Source of the DNA: an uncultured Nitrososphaerota archaeon
GTDB lineage: Archaea > Thermoproteota > Nitrososphaeria > Nitrososphaerales > Nitrosopumilaceae
Length of the DNA stretch: 64,000 nucleotides
Assembly (NCBI GenBank): GCA_963701075.1
Contig: OY969559.1
Coordinates: 32,001-96,000, forward strand
Direction of reading: 5' to 3'
In this document: positions 1 through 10,015 of the stretch, piece after piece
Layout of the letters: each line of letters begins with the position of its first letter
Numbering within the stretch: position 1 is the first letter of the stretch
Notes under the pieces: model-generated
Databases searched by the model: none
What the model was told of the DNA's origin: nothing
Seen by the model: the letters and a program-made list of their open reading frames with translations, nothing else
Program-made: the position numbers and the translations under genes

Positions 1-880
1 ACAGGAAGGCACATAATGAAATTTGAGCACGGTATAGATGATAAGAAAGATTTTGACCCAGATTATTGCATCATACATTTAGACCAAGACATTGCTCCTG
101 GAGGATATGGCTGGGTCTTTCCCAAGGGCCAAAATAAAGTAAACATAGGATTGGGGGTACAGCAAAAAGAGCTACAGAAAAGGAATCAAAGATTAGGAAA
201 AAACGATGATGTTACCAAATTGATAAACGATTATGTCAAGATTAACAAGGCGATGAAGAATCCCAGATTATCTGACGACCCAAGCGATTCAGTAAATGTA
301 ACAGGCAATTGGCAAGTCTCAGTAAGAAGACAAAATGATTGCTTGGTTGCAAATGGATACATGTTGGTAGGCGATTCTGCGTGGATGCCAAAACCACTAG
401 ATGCGGGAGGAATCGGTCCTGCAATAGTTGCTGCAACAATAATTGGAAAGAATGCTGTCGAGTCAATCGAAGCAGGAGACGTCAGTGAACGAGGATTATG
501 GCAATACAACATAGATTTCATTAATGATTACGGCTACAAAACTGCAGGACTGGAGATCTTCCGAAGATTACTTCAAACTCTTACAAATGAACAGATAAAC
601 TATGGAATGAAACACTTTTTGTCAAAGACTAGATGTTGAGGCCATAAGTAAAGGAGAGCATCCCGACTTTGGAACAGTTGGAAAACTTGGAATGATGATA
701 AGAGGAGCTTTGAACAAGAAATTAGCCGAAGGGTTGAGGTTTACTGCGCAACAAAACAAGGCTTTGACAGAGCATTACCGCAGTTTTCCAAAGACGCCAG
801 ATGGTTACGATGTATGGCATAAGACGCTACATAAGATCCTAGATGAGTCTTATGCAAGACTTGAAAATCAGATTCAGTGA
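1..880 (+). CDS. Digeranylgeranylglycerophospholipid reductase / geranylgeranyl reductase family, 5'-truncated by the window edge; +1 frameshift at ~628 joins ORFs 16-639 and 692-880
   Basis: GYGWVFPKG and LVGDSA...PLDAGGI motifs; removing one base in AG[A]CT (626-630) gives SKLDVEAISKG..., which continues into the 692-880 ORF. Confidence 0.85.
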
Positions 881-927
881 TAATTATTTAAGACAGTCTT
901 AAATTAAGGAAAAAAGAGTTACTAATT

Positions 928-1725
928 ATGCTAGCAGAGCAGTTGTATATAGATTGGAATAATTCCTTTGAAGTTTTAGATAAAGCCTATGCCTCGGGTC
1001 TGTTTGTTCTCATAATAGGTCCAAAGGGAACTGGCAAAACTACACTTGTAAGAGAATTTGCTGCAAGAAAAGGAATGAAGCTTGAATCAATTAACTTTAG
1101 TTTAAGAACTCGTGAGAGTCACCTAGTAGGTTCAAAAACTCTAGAAAGTGGGACAGTAGGCTTTGAAGAAGGCATACTGGTAAAATCCATGAAAGAAGGC
1201 AGCATGCTTTATCTTGATGAAGTAAACTCGGCTGAAGCAGATGTATTGCTTAGACTAGATGAAGCGTTGGATGATAGAAGACAGCTAGTACTCAAAGAAG
1301 CCAGTGGTGAGTTAATTGAAGCAGCAAAGGGATGGTTTGTGATTGCAACTATAAATCCACTATCACATGTCGGTACCAAAGAACTTCCGCCCCAATTGCT
1401 CAGTAGATTCCCAGTAAGGATCAGGCTTGATTACCCGCCAGAAGAGGTTGAGTTGCAGATAGTAAAAAAATATGTAAAAGGCTCTCATGAAAATGAGATC
1501 TCTCAAGGAATTAGGCTTGCAAGTACCTTGCGACAAGCAGCCGCAGTTGAAGAACTGTATTATTCACCCAGTTTACGTGAAACCATAGCATTTGGCAAGA
1601 TACTTGATTCTGGCATGAAACCAAGACAAGCTGCTGATATTGTCTTTGCAAATGTATACGCACAATGGGGCAATGTTGAATATCAAAAGGTAAATGATAT
1701 CATAACATCGATGTTTGGAAATTGA
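928..1725 (+). CDS. MoxR/CbbQ/NirQ-type AAA+ ATPase
   Basis: Walker A GPKGTGKT, Walker B LYLDEVN, ATINP, LLSRF, SPSLRE motifs. Confidence 0.9.
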   Translation: MLAEQLYIDWNNSFEVLDKAYASGLFVLIIGPKGTGKTTLVREFAARKGMKLESINFSLRTRESHLVGSKTLESGTVGFEEGILVKSMKEGSMLYLDEVNSAEADVLLRLDEALDDRRQLVLKEASGELIEAAKGWFVIATINPLSHVGTKELPPQLLSRFPVRIRLDYPPEEVELQIVKKYVKGSHENEISQGIRLASTLRQAAAVEELYYSPSLRETIAFGKILDSGMKPRQAADIVFANVYAQWGNVEYQKVNDIITSMFGN

Positions 1726-3290
1726 TGCGTTCACTGCAACTAAGAAATGACACAATACTTGAAATAGGCACTTTTCTAGTTCGACGATGGTCTGGAAGAG
1801 AAAATATTACTTTAAACATAAGAGATCAAAAAGAAATCCAAACAAAGTTGCGGGAAAACAAAGTTACGATTTTTCCATTAGAAAAATATCAAGGCACAGA
1901 TTTTCAAAAATATAGACAGTTCAGAACTGCTCTCTGGTATGAATCAATGAGGATAAGACATTCAAGCAAAATTCTAAGCAATGACCACGCATTTGGGTTT
2001 ATACTAAATACATTAGAGACAAGGAGGATAGAGACCATAGGCAGAGATTATTGGCAAGGAATGGATGAAGAAATAATATTCAATTACGGATTTGCGTGGT
2101 TGTACAGACCATTACTCAATTCATTATATGGTCATAATAGAATTGTCGAGGGATTCATACAGTATTTCCTGCTTGGTGACATGAAGGGAGAAATCCCCCC
2201 AAGCGCATTTGAGAAAATTCAGAAGGCAGTCAAAATAGCTAATGAGGCAGTAAAAGAAGCGGTAGAGAAAAAATATGGAACTGACTGGCTTGAAAAGAAA
2301 GTTTCCGAAATTATCAAGGCTTTAGAAATTGATCCGCTTCTTACCATTCCCATCTCTATACCAAAAATTTCTTCAGGAATTGCCATGTCTGAGCAGGAAT
2401 TCATGAGAACACTGAACAAAATTTCAAAATACAGAGAAAGCGATTTTGGCGAATTAGATTCGACAAAAATCACAGAAGGAAAGCAGATATTTGATGAATT
2501 CAAGGTCTTGCTTGAAGAAGCAAAAAGGAGCGAAAACAAGGGCCTAACAACTGATGTGGTAGGCATTAGCATTCCAGCTTTAACAAATGTAGATGAAACT
2601 AAGATCTACGATACCGATTTAATCAATAATCTAAAAGCTAAATTCAAGGAATGGAAATCAGGTTGGAAAGAACAGCATTTGATTACAGGAGACGAATTTG
2701 ACCAAGAGACTTACATTGAAGGACACAAACCGTTCATGACAGACAAGAAAATAGCAATCAAGACAAGAATATTCATACTTCTTGATCACTCTTCTAGCAT
2801 AGCTGAACAAGAAACACAGTACAAAAAGGCAACGTTGGCGCTTTGTGAAGTTTTAGACTTTTTGAAAGTAAAGTTTTCAGTGTATGCGTTTAACACAGAA
2901 CAAAAACAAGTAACGTGTTGGCTGATAAAACCTGAAAACTTGCAATGGAACAATACAGCTGCAAAGAGGCTTGCACAAATAAGGGCCAACGGTAGTACTC
3001 CATTAGCTGAAGTTTACAATCTCTTATTGCCCACAGTACGTTCAAAAAAACCTGACATCTTTCTTACACTGACCGACGGAGAACCATCAGATCCAGATGC
3101 TGTCAGATCAGTAATGAGAGATTTCAAGCTACTAGGCATAAAGATGGTGGCAATAGGTGTCGGTCATGACACTGGATATGCAATCACAATAGCAAACAAC
3201 TTGAGAAGGTTGGGCTACGAACGTACCCTTGCCGTGAGCAGGTTAAATGAGATTCCAAAGCGAGTCCTAAACGTGCTAGGAACGGACTGA
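1722..3290 (+). CDS. von Willebrand factor A domain protein (CbbO/NorD/CobT-like partner of the MoxR ATPase)
   Basis: C-terminal MIDAS elements LLDHSSS, GSTP, LTDGEP; overlaps the ATPase stop. Confidence 0.85.
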   Translation: MMRSLQLRNDTILEIGTFLVRRWSGRENITLNIRDQKEIQTKLRENKVTIFPLEKYQGTDFQKYRQFRTALWYESMRIRHSSKILSNDHAFGFILNTLETRRIETIGRDYWQGMDEEIIFNYGFAWLYRPLLNSLYGHNRIVEGFIQYFLLGDMKGEIPPSAFEKIQKAVKIANEAVKEAVEKKYGTDWLEKKVSEIIKALEIDPLLTIPISIPKISSGIAMSEQEFMRTLNKISKYRESDFGELDSTKITEGKQIFDEFKVLLEEAKRSENKGLTTDVVGISIPALTNVDETKIYDTDLINNLKAKFKEWKSGWKEQHLITGDEFDQETYIEGHKPFMTDKKIAIKTRIFILLDHSSSIAEQETQYKKATLALCEVLDFLKVKFSVYAFNTEQKQVTCWLIKPENLQWNNTAAKRLAQIRANGSTPLAEVYNLLLPTVRSKKPDIFLTLTDGEPSDPDAVRSVMRDFKLLGIKMVAIGVGHDTGYAITIANNLRRLGYERTLAVSRLNEIPKRVLNVLGTD

Positions 3291-3291
3291 C

Positions 3292-3747
3292 ATGAAATGC
3301 CTGTCAGTTTCTCAACCATATGCTGATCTCATAATTCAGGGCAAGAAAACTATCGAGTTGAGAACGTGGAATACCAAATTCAGAGGCGAATTTCTTGTTC
3401 ATGCCCCACTTAGAATAAAAACAGAGGTTTGCAAAAAACTAGGAATTGACAAAGAAAATCTTAGGACTGGAGTAATAATAGGCAGAGCAGAACTTTATGA
3501 TGTTAAGGTATACAGTACCGCAAATGAGTTAAAGTCTGATTATAGTAAGCACTTTGCAAGTAAAGAATTTCTTGACCACAAGTACGGGTTTTTATTGAAA
3601 AACCCAAAAGAGCTTAGAGTACCAATCCCATACAAAGGAAGTCTAGGATTTTTTGAGGCCAAGCTGCATTCCAAAACAGACTACAATGACATCAAATCAG
3701 AATTGTTTGACGAAGAATATCGATATCAATGGATTGGAAAACACTAA
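3292..3747 (+). CDS. ASCH domain protein
   Basis: LSVSQPYADLIIQGKKTIELRTW (GxKxxExR) signature. Confidence 0.85.
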   Translation: MKCLSVSQPYADLIIQGKKTIELRTWNTKFRGEFLVHAPLRIKTEVCKKLGIDKENLRTGVIIGRAELYDVKVYSTANELKSDYSKHFASKEFLDHKYGFLLKNPKELRVPIPYKGSLGFFEAKLHSKTDYNDIKSELFDEEYRYQWIGKH

Positions 3748-3767
3748 CAATTGTCTATTAGTTCTAT

Positions 3768-4433
3768 CTAGATTCTGATGCTTGGGTTTTCTTTCTTGAG
3801 TTTTTCCCAGTCTGCAAGAAAATTCTTTAGTCCTATGTCAGTTAGAGGATGTTTCAACATCTTTCCTAATACATCTGGAGGTAAGGTCACTACATCTGCT
3901 CCAATCTTTGCTGCCTCTACAACATGCATAGGATGCCTTACACTTGCAACTAGAATCTGTGTGCTGAATTTGTAATTTTGAAACACTTCATGAATTTCTT
4001 TAATTAGATGAATTCCATCCTGCCCATTATCATCTAATCTTCCTATAAACGGACTCACATATTTTGCACCTGCCTTTGCAGATAATATGGCCTGATTTAC
4101 GGAAAAACATAGAGTCACATTAACAGGTATTCCCTCAGATGTTAGAATTTTGCATGCCTTGAGCCCTTCTGCAGTTAATGGACATTTTACAACAACATTT
4201 TTGCCATATTTTTGAAGACGTCTTCCTTCTTCTACCATTCCCAGAGTCTCCGTGCTAACTACCTCCAGGCTAACATCACCTTTTATGATTCGAACAATCT
4301 CTTCCATAGTTTTTTGTGGATCTCCTCCCTCCTTTGCCAAGAGTGATGGATTGGTTGTGATTCCATCTACAAGACCCATGTCATTGTACATTTTTATCGA
4401 AGCAAGATTTGCAGTATCAAGGAATATTTTCAT
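3768..4433 (-). CDS. tal: Transaldolase / fructose-6-phosphate aldolase family
   Basis: IFLDTAN, GITTNPSL, VNVTL, YVSPFIGR, ASVR motifs. Confidence 0.92.
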   Translation of the reverse strand: MKIFLDTANLASIKMYNDMGLVDGITTNPSLLAKEGGDPQKTMEEIVRIIKGDVSLEVVSTETLGMVEEGRRLQKYGKNVVVKCPLTAEGLKACKILTSEGIPVNVTLCFSVNQAILSAKAGAKYVSPFIGRLDDNGQDGIHLIKEIHEVFQNYKFSTQILVASVRHPMHVVEAAKIGADVVTLPPDVLGKMLKHPLTDIGLKNFLADWEKLKKENPSIRI

Positions 4434-5398
4434 TGTTTCTTACTCCTGATATCCTTAACAGCATTAGATATATGAATTGATGTCATGCCATGTTTTTCTA
4501 ATAATAGCGAAATTTCGCTGTCTCGAGCAGATTCACCAAATTGGTCTCTTACACCTATTCGTCTCATGTGTACAGGATATTTCTCAGAGATGACCTCAGA
4601 GACGGCAGAACCAAAGCCTGCCATAATATTGTGCTCTTCGCATGTAACAATACCGCCCGTCTCACGTGCTGCTTTTTCCAAAAGATCAGAATCTATCGGT
4701 TTTATTGAGAACATGTCTATTACTCTGCATGAGATTCCTTCCTGTTTTAACGCATCAGCGGCATCAAGTGCCATCTGTACTGTTATTCCACACGCTGCAA
4801 TGGTACAATCAGAGCCATCGCGCAATACAATTCCTTTGCCCAGTTGAAATTCTTGTTCTTGTGAATGTATGATTGGCGTTTTTGACCTTGTCATTCTCAT
4901 GTAAAACGGTCCATATAGTTGTGAAATTAGTCGTGTGAGTTTCTCTACGGCAATTGTGTCTGCCGGAATTAGGACCTTAATGTTTGGGATGGCTCGCATT
5001 ATTGCAATGTCTTCAATTTGTTGGTGAGATCCTCCATCAGCGCCCACGCTCAGACCACCGTGAGAAACAACCATCTTCACATTTAGTCCATTTTTTCCAT
5101 TTCTTGTAGGATATGCAATTGCATTTCTTATCTGATCAACACACCTGCCAGGCAGAAAGGCAGCATATGTACTGGCAAAAGGAATTTTTCCTTCATTGGC
5201 AAGACCTGCGGCGATGGTTACCAGGTTTCCTTCTGCAATACCCACATTGAAGAATCTATTTGGAAATTTTTTACCAAATGGCTTGGTTTTAAGCGAATCA
5301 GTAGTGTCTGCGCCTACCACAACCACGTTTGGGTTTTCTTCTCCAATCTTGATCAAAGTTTCTCCGTAAACTGTTCGCATATCTGCAAACTCTGTCAC
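4430..5398 (-). CDS. Transketolase C-terminal subunit
   Basis: NVGIAE, DGGSHQ, EEH motifs; likely GTG start at 5398 overlapping the upstream stop (ORF track extends to 5470). Confidence 0.9.
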   Translation of the reverse strand: MTEFADMRTVYGETLIKIGEENPNVVVVGADTTDSLKTKPFGKKFPNRFFNVGIAEGNLVTIAAGLANEGKIPFASTYAAFLPGRCVDQIRNAIAYPTRNGKNGLNVKMVVSHGGLSVGADGGSHQQIEDIAIMRAIPNIKVLIPADTIAVEKLTRLISQLYGPFYMRMTRSKTPIIHSQEQEFQLGKGIVLRDGSDCTIAACGITVQMALDAADALKQEGISCRVIDMFSIKPIDSDLLEKAARETGGIVTCEEHNIMAGFGSAVSEVISEKYPVHMRRIGVRDQFGESARDSEISLLLEKHGMTSIHISNAVKDIRSKKQ

Positions 5399-7062
5399 GT
5401 AAAGCCTGCCTCCTTTGCAATCTGAAGAAGTTCTGTTTTCTTCTTTCCCACTTCGTGTAGATCTATCCATTTAGTTACAAGTTCTGTACCGCCAAGACTG
5501 TGAGCTTTATTTATCAAAAGTTTTCTCCTTGCATGCATCAGGTGCTTTCGGAATTCCATCATGGTTAAACGCACATCTTTTTGTCCGATTATGGCGCTGC
5601 CTCCAACAAACACCCTAGCACCGTCCAAGAAGCACGATTCCACGTTTGATAAATCCACGCCACCGTCTGCCTCAATCAGGCCTTGGAAGTTTCGTTCTGC
5701 AAGGAATTTCGATATTCTTTGAGTTTTTTCGTGAGTTGATTCGATGTATTTTTGGCCTGACTTTCCAGGAATGACTGACATTATTACCAATTGATCCAAA
5801 TCTAGAATGAACTTTTCAGCCCAAGAGGGCAATTCTGTGTCAGGATTAATTGCAAGACCAAGACCTACCTCATTTGATCGTAGAATGTCATGAATTTCTC
5901 CAAAGCTTGATTCATCACAAACTTCTGCATGGACTGTGATAATATCGCTGCCAGCATTAGCATAGTCTCTAACATGCTTTACTGGTTCATTTATCATGAG
6001 ATGAGTGTCAAATGGAATTTGAGTGATTGGTCTTAGTTGCTTTATTTTTTCATGATCAAATGTTTTGTTAGGAACAAACTGGCCATCCATTACATCAAGA
6101 TGTATAAAGTCAGCTCTGCCATGAGATGCTCTTTTTACTTCATTTTCTAGATTGGCCATGTATCCTGCAATAATAGACGGCGCAATAAGAAACTGACAAT
6201 CAAGTTCGAGTTCAATTATTGGAGAGATTTTCGGATTTGGTGCAACACCATGCCATTTTGGATTATCCTCCATATGTTCAACGGATTTTCCTTTAATGGT
6301 TCGTGCCACAATTAGTGACGGTGTACCTCTAGTCTGTAGTGCAGAGTGTATTGCCTTTACAACCTGTTCTATGCGATGACCATCTATTTCTATAACATTC
6401 CATCCAAAGGCTCTCCATTTATCACCCACTTTCCATCTTGCTGCGTTTTTCCACATTTCAGAAATATCATCACCGACTAGTTCTTCGTCAAGGGGCATGA
6501 CTCGTTCAGTGTAATCGTCTTGTTGGATGAAATTTCTGTCCAGGAAAACTGTCAAGTTATCAAGCTTAAATTTCGAGCCTGCCATGGCTGCCTCCCATAC
6601 TTGTCCCTCATCGGATTCGCCATCGCCGACTATAGTGTAAATGTGATGAGTTTTGCTGTCCATTTTTGCTGCAAGTGCCATACCAATTGAAAATGACAGT
6701 CCCAAGCCAAGCGAACCACCACAGAACTCAACTCCAGGACACTTGAAATCTGGATGGCCTTGCAGCCTGCTTCCAAATTTTCGTAAAGTTTCCATTTCAG
6801 GTTTATCAAAGTATCCTGCAACTGCTAAATTTGAAAAGAGTCCAGGAGACGCATGGCCTTTTGATAGGACTAACCTATCCCTGTCCTGCCAAAGAGGGTC
6901 TTTTGGATCATAATGAAGGAACTTGGAGTACACACATCCCATGATTTCGGCCATAGAAAATGACCCTCCAGGATGACCAGAACCTGCAGCTGTTGTCCCT
7001 TTGATAACAAGTTTTCGGGCTTCTCGTACTCTTTTGAGAATATGATAGTAATTTAGGCCCAT
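5395..7062 (-). CDS. Transketolase N-terminal domain fused to ribulose-phosphate 3-epimerase
   Basis: GSGHPGGS, LSKGH, GDGESDEG (TPP motif), followed by IAPSII, HLDVMDGQFVPN, DTHLMI, EADGG (Rpe). Confidence 0.9.
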   Translation of the reverse strand: MGLNYYHILKRVREARKLVIKGTTAAGSGHPGGSFSMAEIMGCVYSKFLHYDPKDPLWQDRDRLVLSKGHASPGLFSNLAVAGYFDKPEMETLRKFGSRLQGHPDFKCPGVEFCGGSLGLGLSFSIGMALAAKMDSKTHHIYTIVGDGESDEGQVWEAAMAGSKFKLDNLTVFLDRNFIQQDDYTERVMPLDEELVGDDISEMWKNAARWKVGDKWRAFGWNVIEIDGHRIEQVVKAIHSALQTRGTPSLIVARTIKGKSVEHMEDNPKWHGVAPNPKISPIIELELDCQFLIAPSIIAGYMANLENEVKRASHGRADFIHLDVMDGQFVPNKTFDHEKIKQLRPITQIPFDTHLMINEPVKHVRDYANAGSDIITVHAEVCDESSFGEIHDILRSNEVGLGLAINPDTELPSWAEKFILDLDQLVIMSVIPGKSGQKYIESTHEKTQRISKFLAERNFQGLIEADGGVDLSNVESCFLDGARVFVGGSAIIGQKDVRLTMMEFRKHLMHARRKLLINKAHSLGGTELVTKWIDLHEVGKKKTELLQIAKEAGFT

Positions 7063-7188
7063 ATCTGTTCTAAAATTTGAATTTCTAGACAATCATTGTG
7101 CGAACTCAAACCCATGATTTTTAACGTACTTGGAGCCAATAAAAAGTTATTTCACAAAATTTTAATCTAAAGCAAGTCAATTAAAGAC

Positions 7189-7581
7189 ATGAAGATCAGA
7201 GATCTCTTGCCTATATTGATTTATGACGATAGTTGTTATCATTGCTCAAAATTTGCAAGTATTGCCAAGTCTCTTGCGGGAAAAAATATCCTAATTGTCG
7301 GTCACTATACTGATATCGGTAAAGAAATTAAATCAGAGATCTTTCCAAAGGATTATGATTCAACAAGAATGTTTTGGTTTGTGACAGACAAAATAGCATA
7401 TGGAGGAAGAGCAGGAGTTTTACCATTAATTTCCTTCATCCTCACGGGAAAATCTAGAAAAATTCCTGTGAAGGATATTCCTCTAATATACGGAAACGAT
7501 TGCAAGACTACAAGGGCGTTTTTTATGCGAGTAAGAACCCTTCTTTCAAACAGCCAAAAGATACCATTAAAGCAACTTTAG
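7189..7581 (+). CDS. DCC1/DUF393-like thiol-disulfide oxidoreductase-like protein
   Basis: N-terminal LIYDDSCYHC (DxxCxxC) motif. Confidence 0.6.
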   Translation: MKIRDLLPILIYDDSCYHCSKFASIAKSLAGKNILIVGHYTDIGKEIKSEIFPKDYDSTRMFWFVTDKIAYGGRAGVLPLISFILTGKSRKIPVKDIPLIYGNDCKTTRAFFMRVRTLLSNSQKIPLKQL

Positions 7582-7588
7582 AATTGAA

Positions 7589-7717
7589 CTAGTATCCCCG
7601 ACTGTTTCTATCAGTAGTGCCAACATTTGGATTCCTAAATCCGTGTTTTTCCATCATGTGGTTGAGAAATCTGATATCATCAGTAAATTTTTCGCCGCAG
7701 ATTGCGCAGTTGGTCAT
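7589..7717 (-). CDS. 42-aa C2H2 zinc-finger microprotein (absent from ORF track)
   Basis: Hand translation MTNCAICGEKFTDDIRFLNHMMEKHGFRNPNVGTTDRNSRGY*; C-x2-C-x3-F-x5-F-x2-H-x4-H. Confidence 0.75.
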   Translation of the reverse strand: MTNCAICGEKFTDDIRFLNHMMEKHGFRNPNVGTTDRNSRGY

Positions 7718-7768
7718 AGATCTATCAAATAAACAGAGATCTTTTTAGTCTTTGTTACAATATAGAAT

Positions 7769-8029
7769 ATGATGGTAGGAATTCAAAAGTTACCTAAACT
7801 AACTTTTACCATAGATCCTAACGCCAACGGATACGTAGTAGGTTGCAACGAGATACCATATCTTTTCACGGATACGGATTCGGTCGAAGAGATTGACCAG
7901 ACTATAAGGGCGCTGATATCAGATTACGTAGAAAACTTTCCTGATGACGCCCAAAAGAGAGGCATTGACAAAAGTATTGCTACACAGGCAGTATGGAAAG
8001 GCTCTCCCAACTCGGTTGCATTAGAATAG
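7769..8029 (+). CDS. Small HicB-like / DUF1902-like protein
   Basis: GYVVGCNEIPYLFTDTDSVEE resembles the HicB N-terminal fold. Confidence 0.5.
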   Translation: MMVGIQKLPKLTFTIDPNANGYVVGCNEIPYLFTDTDSVEEIDQTIRALISDYVENFPDDAQKRGIDKSIATQAVWKGSPNSVALE

Positions 8030-8032
8030 AAA

Positions 8033-8150
8033 GGGCGCCAGCACTACTGCTTCCCAAGGGCTCTCGCACCTTAGTAACACAGTAGCGACATTGGGTTTGA
8101 CTTCCGGGTTCGGAATGGGACCGGGTCGGACCCCAACGCTATGGCCGGCT
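8033..8150 (-). rRNA. rrf: 5S rRNA (standalone)
   Basis: GCCGGCCATAGCG...CCCATTCCGAACCCGGAAGTCAAACC...GTAGTGCTGGC conserved 5S segments; ends approximate. Confidence 0.93.
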
Positions 8151-8225
8151 TGATAGTTTGGCAAATAATGTCCTGTATTAATCTTGCTTGATAGAGATAT
8201 AAATTCAGGATGGCGTTTGTTAGTC

Positions 8226-10010
8226 ATGACTCATCGAGTAGCAGTTCTTGATAAGGAAGCCTGCCAGCCAAAAAAGTGCGGGCTTGAGTGTATCAAATAT
8301 TGCCCCGTAAACAAATCAGGGGCAGACTGCATAATACAAAATCAAGAGACTGGAAAGGCCCAGATCGATGAGAACATCTGCAACGGATGCGGAATTTGCG
8401 TAAAGGTTTGTCCTTTTGATGCAATAACAATTGTCAATCTTGCAGAGGAATTAAAATCTGATAAGATTCATCAATATGGATTAAACTCATTTAGACTATA
8501 TCGAATTCCTGCCTTAAAGAAAGGCCAAGTGATGGGCTTACTTGGAAGAAACGGAATAGGAAAAAGTACTGTGGTGAACATTTTGTCTGGAAATCTCAGG
8601 CCAAATCTTGGTAATTATTCTTCACCTCCAGAATGGAGCGATGTTTTGAAACATTTCCAAGGTACGGAATTAAAGTTGCATTTCGAAAAAATTTCAAATA
8701 ATGATTTAAAGGCTTCTATAAAACCACAACAAGTCTACAATCTTGCAAAGGTCTTTGATGGAACTGCAAAAGAGTTGCTTGAAAAATATGATGAACGAAA
8801 TAAGGTTCCTGAGCTTGTGCAAGAACTTGGTTTGCAAAATGCTCTTGATACCAGGATAGCTGAGTTGAGCGGTGGAGAATTACAGAGGATTGCAGTAGCA
8901 GTAGCAGCCTCAAGAGAGGCCGATTTTTACTTTTTTGACGAGCCTTCTTCATACAATGATGTTTTTCAGAGAATGGGTGTAGCACGCGTTATACAGAACC
9001 TTGCAAAGATTGAAAAAAGCGTCATGGTAGTAGAGCACGACCTGACCTTGCTTGATTATCTCAGCGACTTTATTGAGATCGTCTATGGAGAGCCTGCAGC
9101 ATATGGAATAGTTGCAAACATGCTTTCAACAAAAGTTGGGATAAACGTCTTCTTGGACGGTTACTTACCCAACGAAAATGTAAGGTTTAGAGATGTAGCA
9201 TTTAGATTCGATGCATCCACATCAGCAGATGAATTTGTCATGATAGAAAATATTATTGAATATCCTGTCTTGGAGAAGAAATTTGCTAATTTTTCTCTAA
9301 CAATTGATGCAGGCAGAATCCGAAAGAGCGAAGTACTTGGAATAGTAGGTGCAAATGCGTTAGGAAAAACAACTATGATGAAGATGATAGCTGGTGTTGA
9401 GAAAATAGATTCTGGAGTGATCGATACCAAAATCAAGATAGCATACAAGCCACAATATCTTTCAAACGATTATGACGTTGAGGTGGTTTCATTATTAGAA
9501 AGGGCAAACAATGGAGGTATCGACGGAACAACAGAGGAAGAACTTATTGTTCATCCTATGAAAATAAAAAAACTATACAATAAATCAGTTAAAAACTTGT
9601 CAGGCGGTGAACTTCAGAAAGTAGCAATTGCCACATGTTTATTACAAAAAGTTGATCTGTATGCACTTGATGAGCCTTCTGCGTTTCTTGATGTAGAAGA
9701 TAGAATTGCAATAGCAAAATTAATTCAGAGATTTGTTCGTTCTTATGGAAAATCAGCAATAATAATTGATCATGATATACAGCTTATGGATTTGATTTCA
9801 GATTCTCTTGTAATATTCCATGGTAACCCCGGTAGAGAAGGACATGCGACATCCCCAATGTCAAAAGCTGAAGGAATGAATCAATTTTTGAGGTCACTAG
9901 ATATTACTTATCGAAGAGATGAAACAAGTATGAGGCCACGAGTAAACAAATCAGAAAGCAGATTAGATAGAGGACAGAAACAATCGGGGCATTTCTATTA
10001 TAGAAATTGA
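8226..10010 (+). CDS. rli: ABCE1/Rli1 ribosome recycling ATPase
   Basis: N-terminal 2x[4Fe-4S] cysteines, two ABC cassettes (GRNGIGKS, GANALGKT, LSGGELQ). Confidence 0.95.
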   Translation: MTHRVAVLDKEACQPKKCGLECIKYCPVNKSGADCIIQNQETGKAQIDENICNGCGICVKVCPFDAITIVNLAEELKSDKIHQYGLNSFRLYRIPALKKGQVMGLLGRNGIGKSTVVNILSGNLRPNLGNYSSPPEWSDVLKHFQGTELKLHFEKISNNDLKASIKPQQVYNLAKVFDGTAKELLEKYDERNKVPELVQELGLQNALDTRIAELSGGELQRIAVAVAASREADFYFFDEPSSYNDVFQRMGVARVIQNLAKIEKSVMVVEHDLTLLDYLSDFIEIVYGEPAAYGIVANMLSTKVGINVFLDGYLPNENVRFRDVAFRFDASTSADEFVMIENIIEYPVLEKKFANFSLTIDAGRIRKSEVLGIVGANALGKTTMMKMIAGVEKIDSGVIDTKIKIAYKPQYLSNDYDVEVVSLLERANNGGIDGTTEEELIVHPMKIKKLYNKSVKNLSGGELQKVAIATCLLQKVDLYALDEPSAFLDVEDRIAIAKLIQRFVRSYGKSAIIIDHDIQLMDLISDSLVIFHGNPGREGHATSPMSKAEGMNQFLRSLDITYRRDETSMRPRVNKSESRLDRGQKQSGHFYYRN

Positions 10011-10015
10011 CAAAG

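Noticed and set aside
8033-8150. 5S rRNA unlinked from 16S/23S as a novelty
   Set aside because: This is typical of Nitrososphaerota.
8021-8227. 68-aa ORF on the minus strand
   Set aside because: It overlaps the 5S rRNA gene and is spurious.
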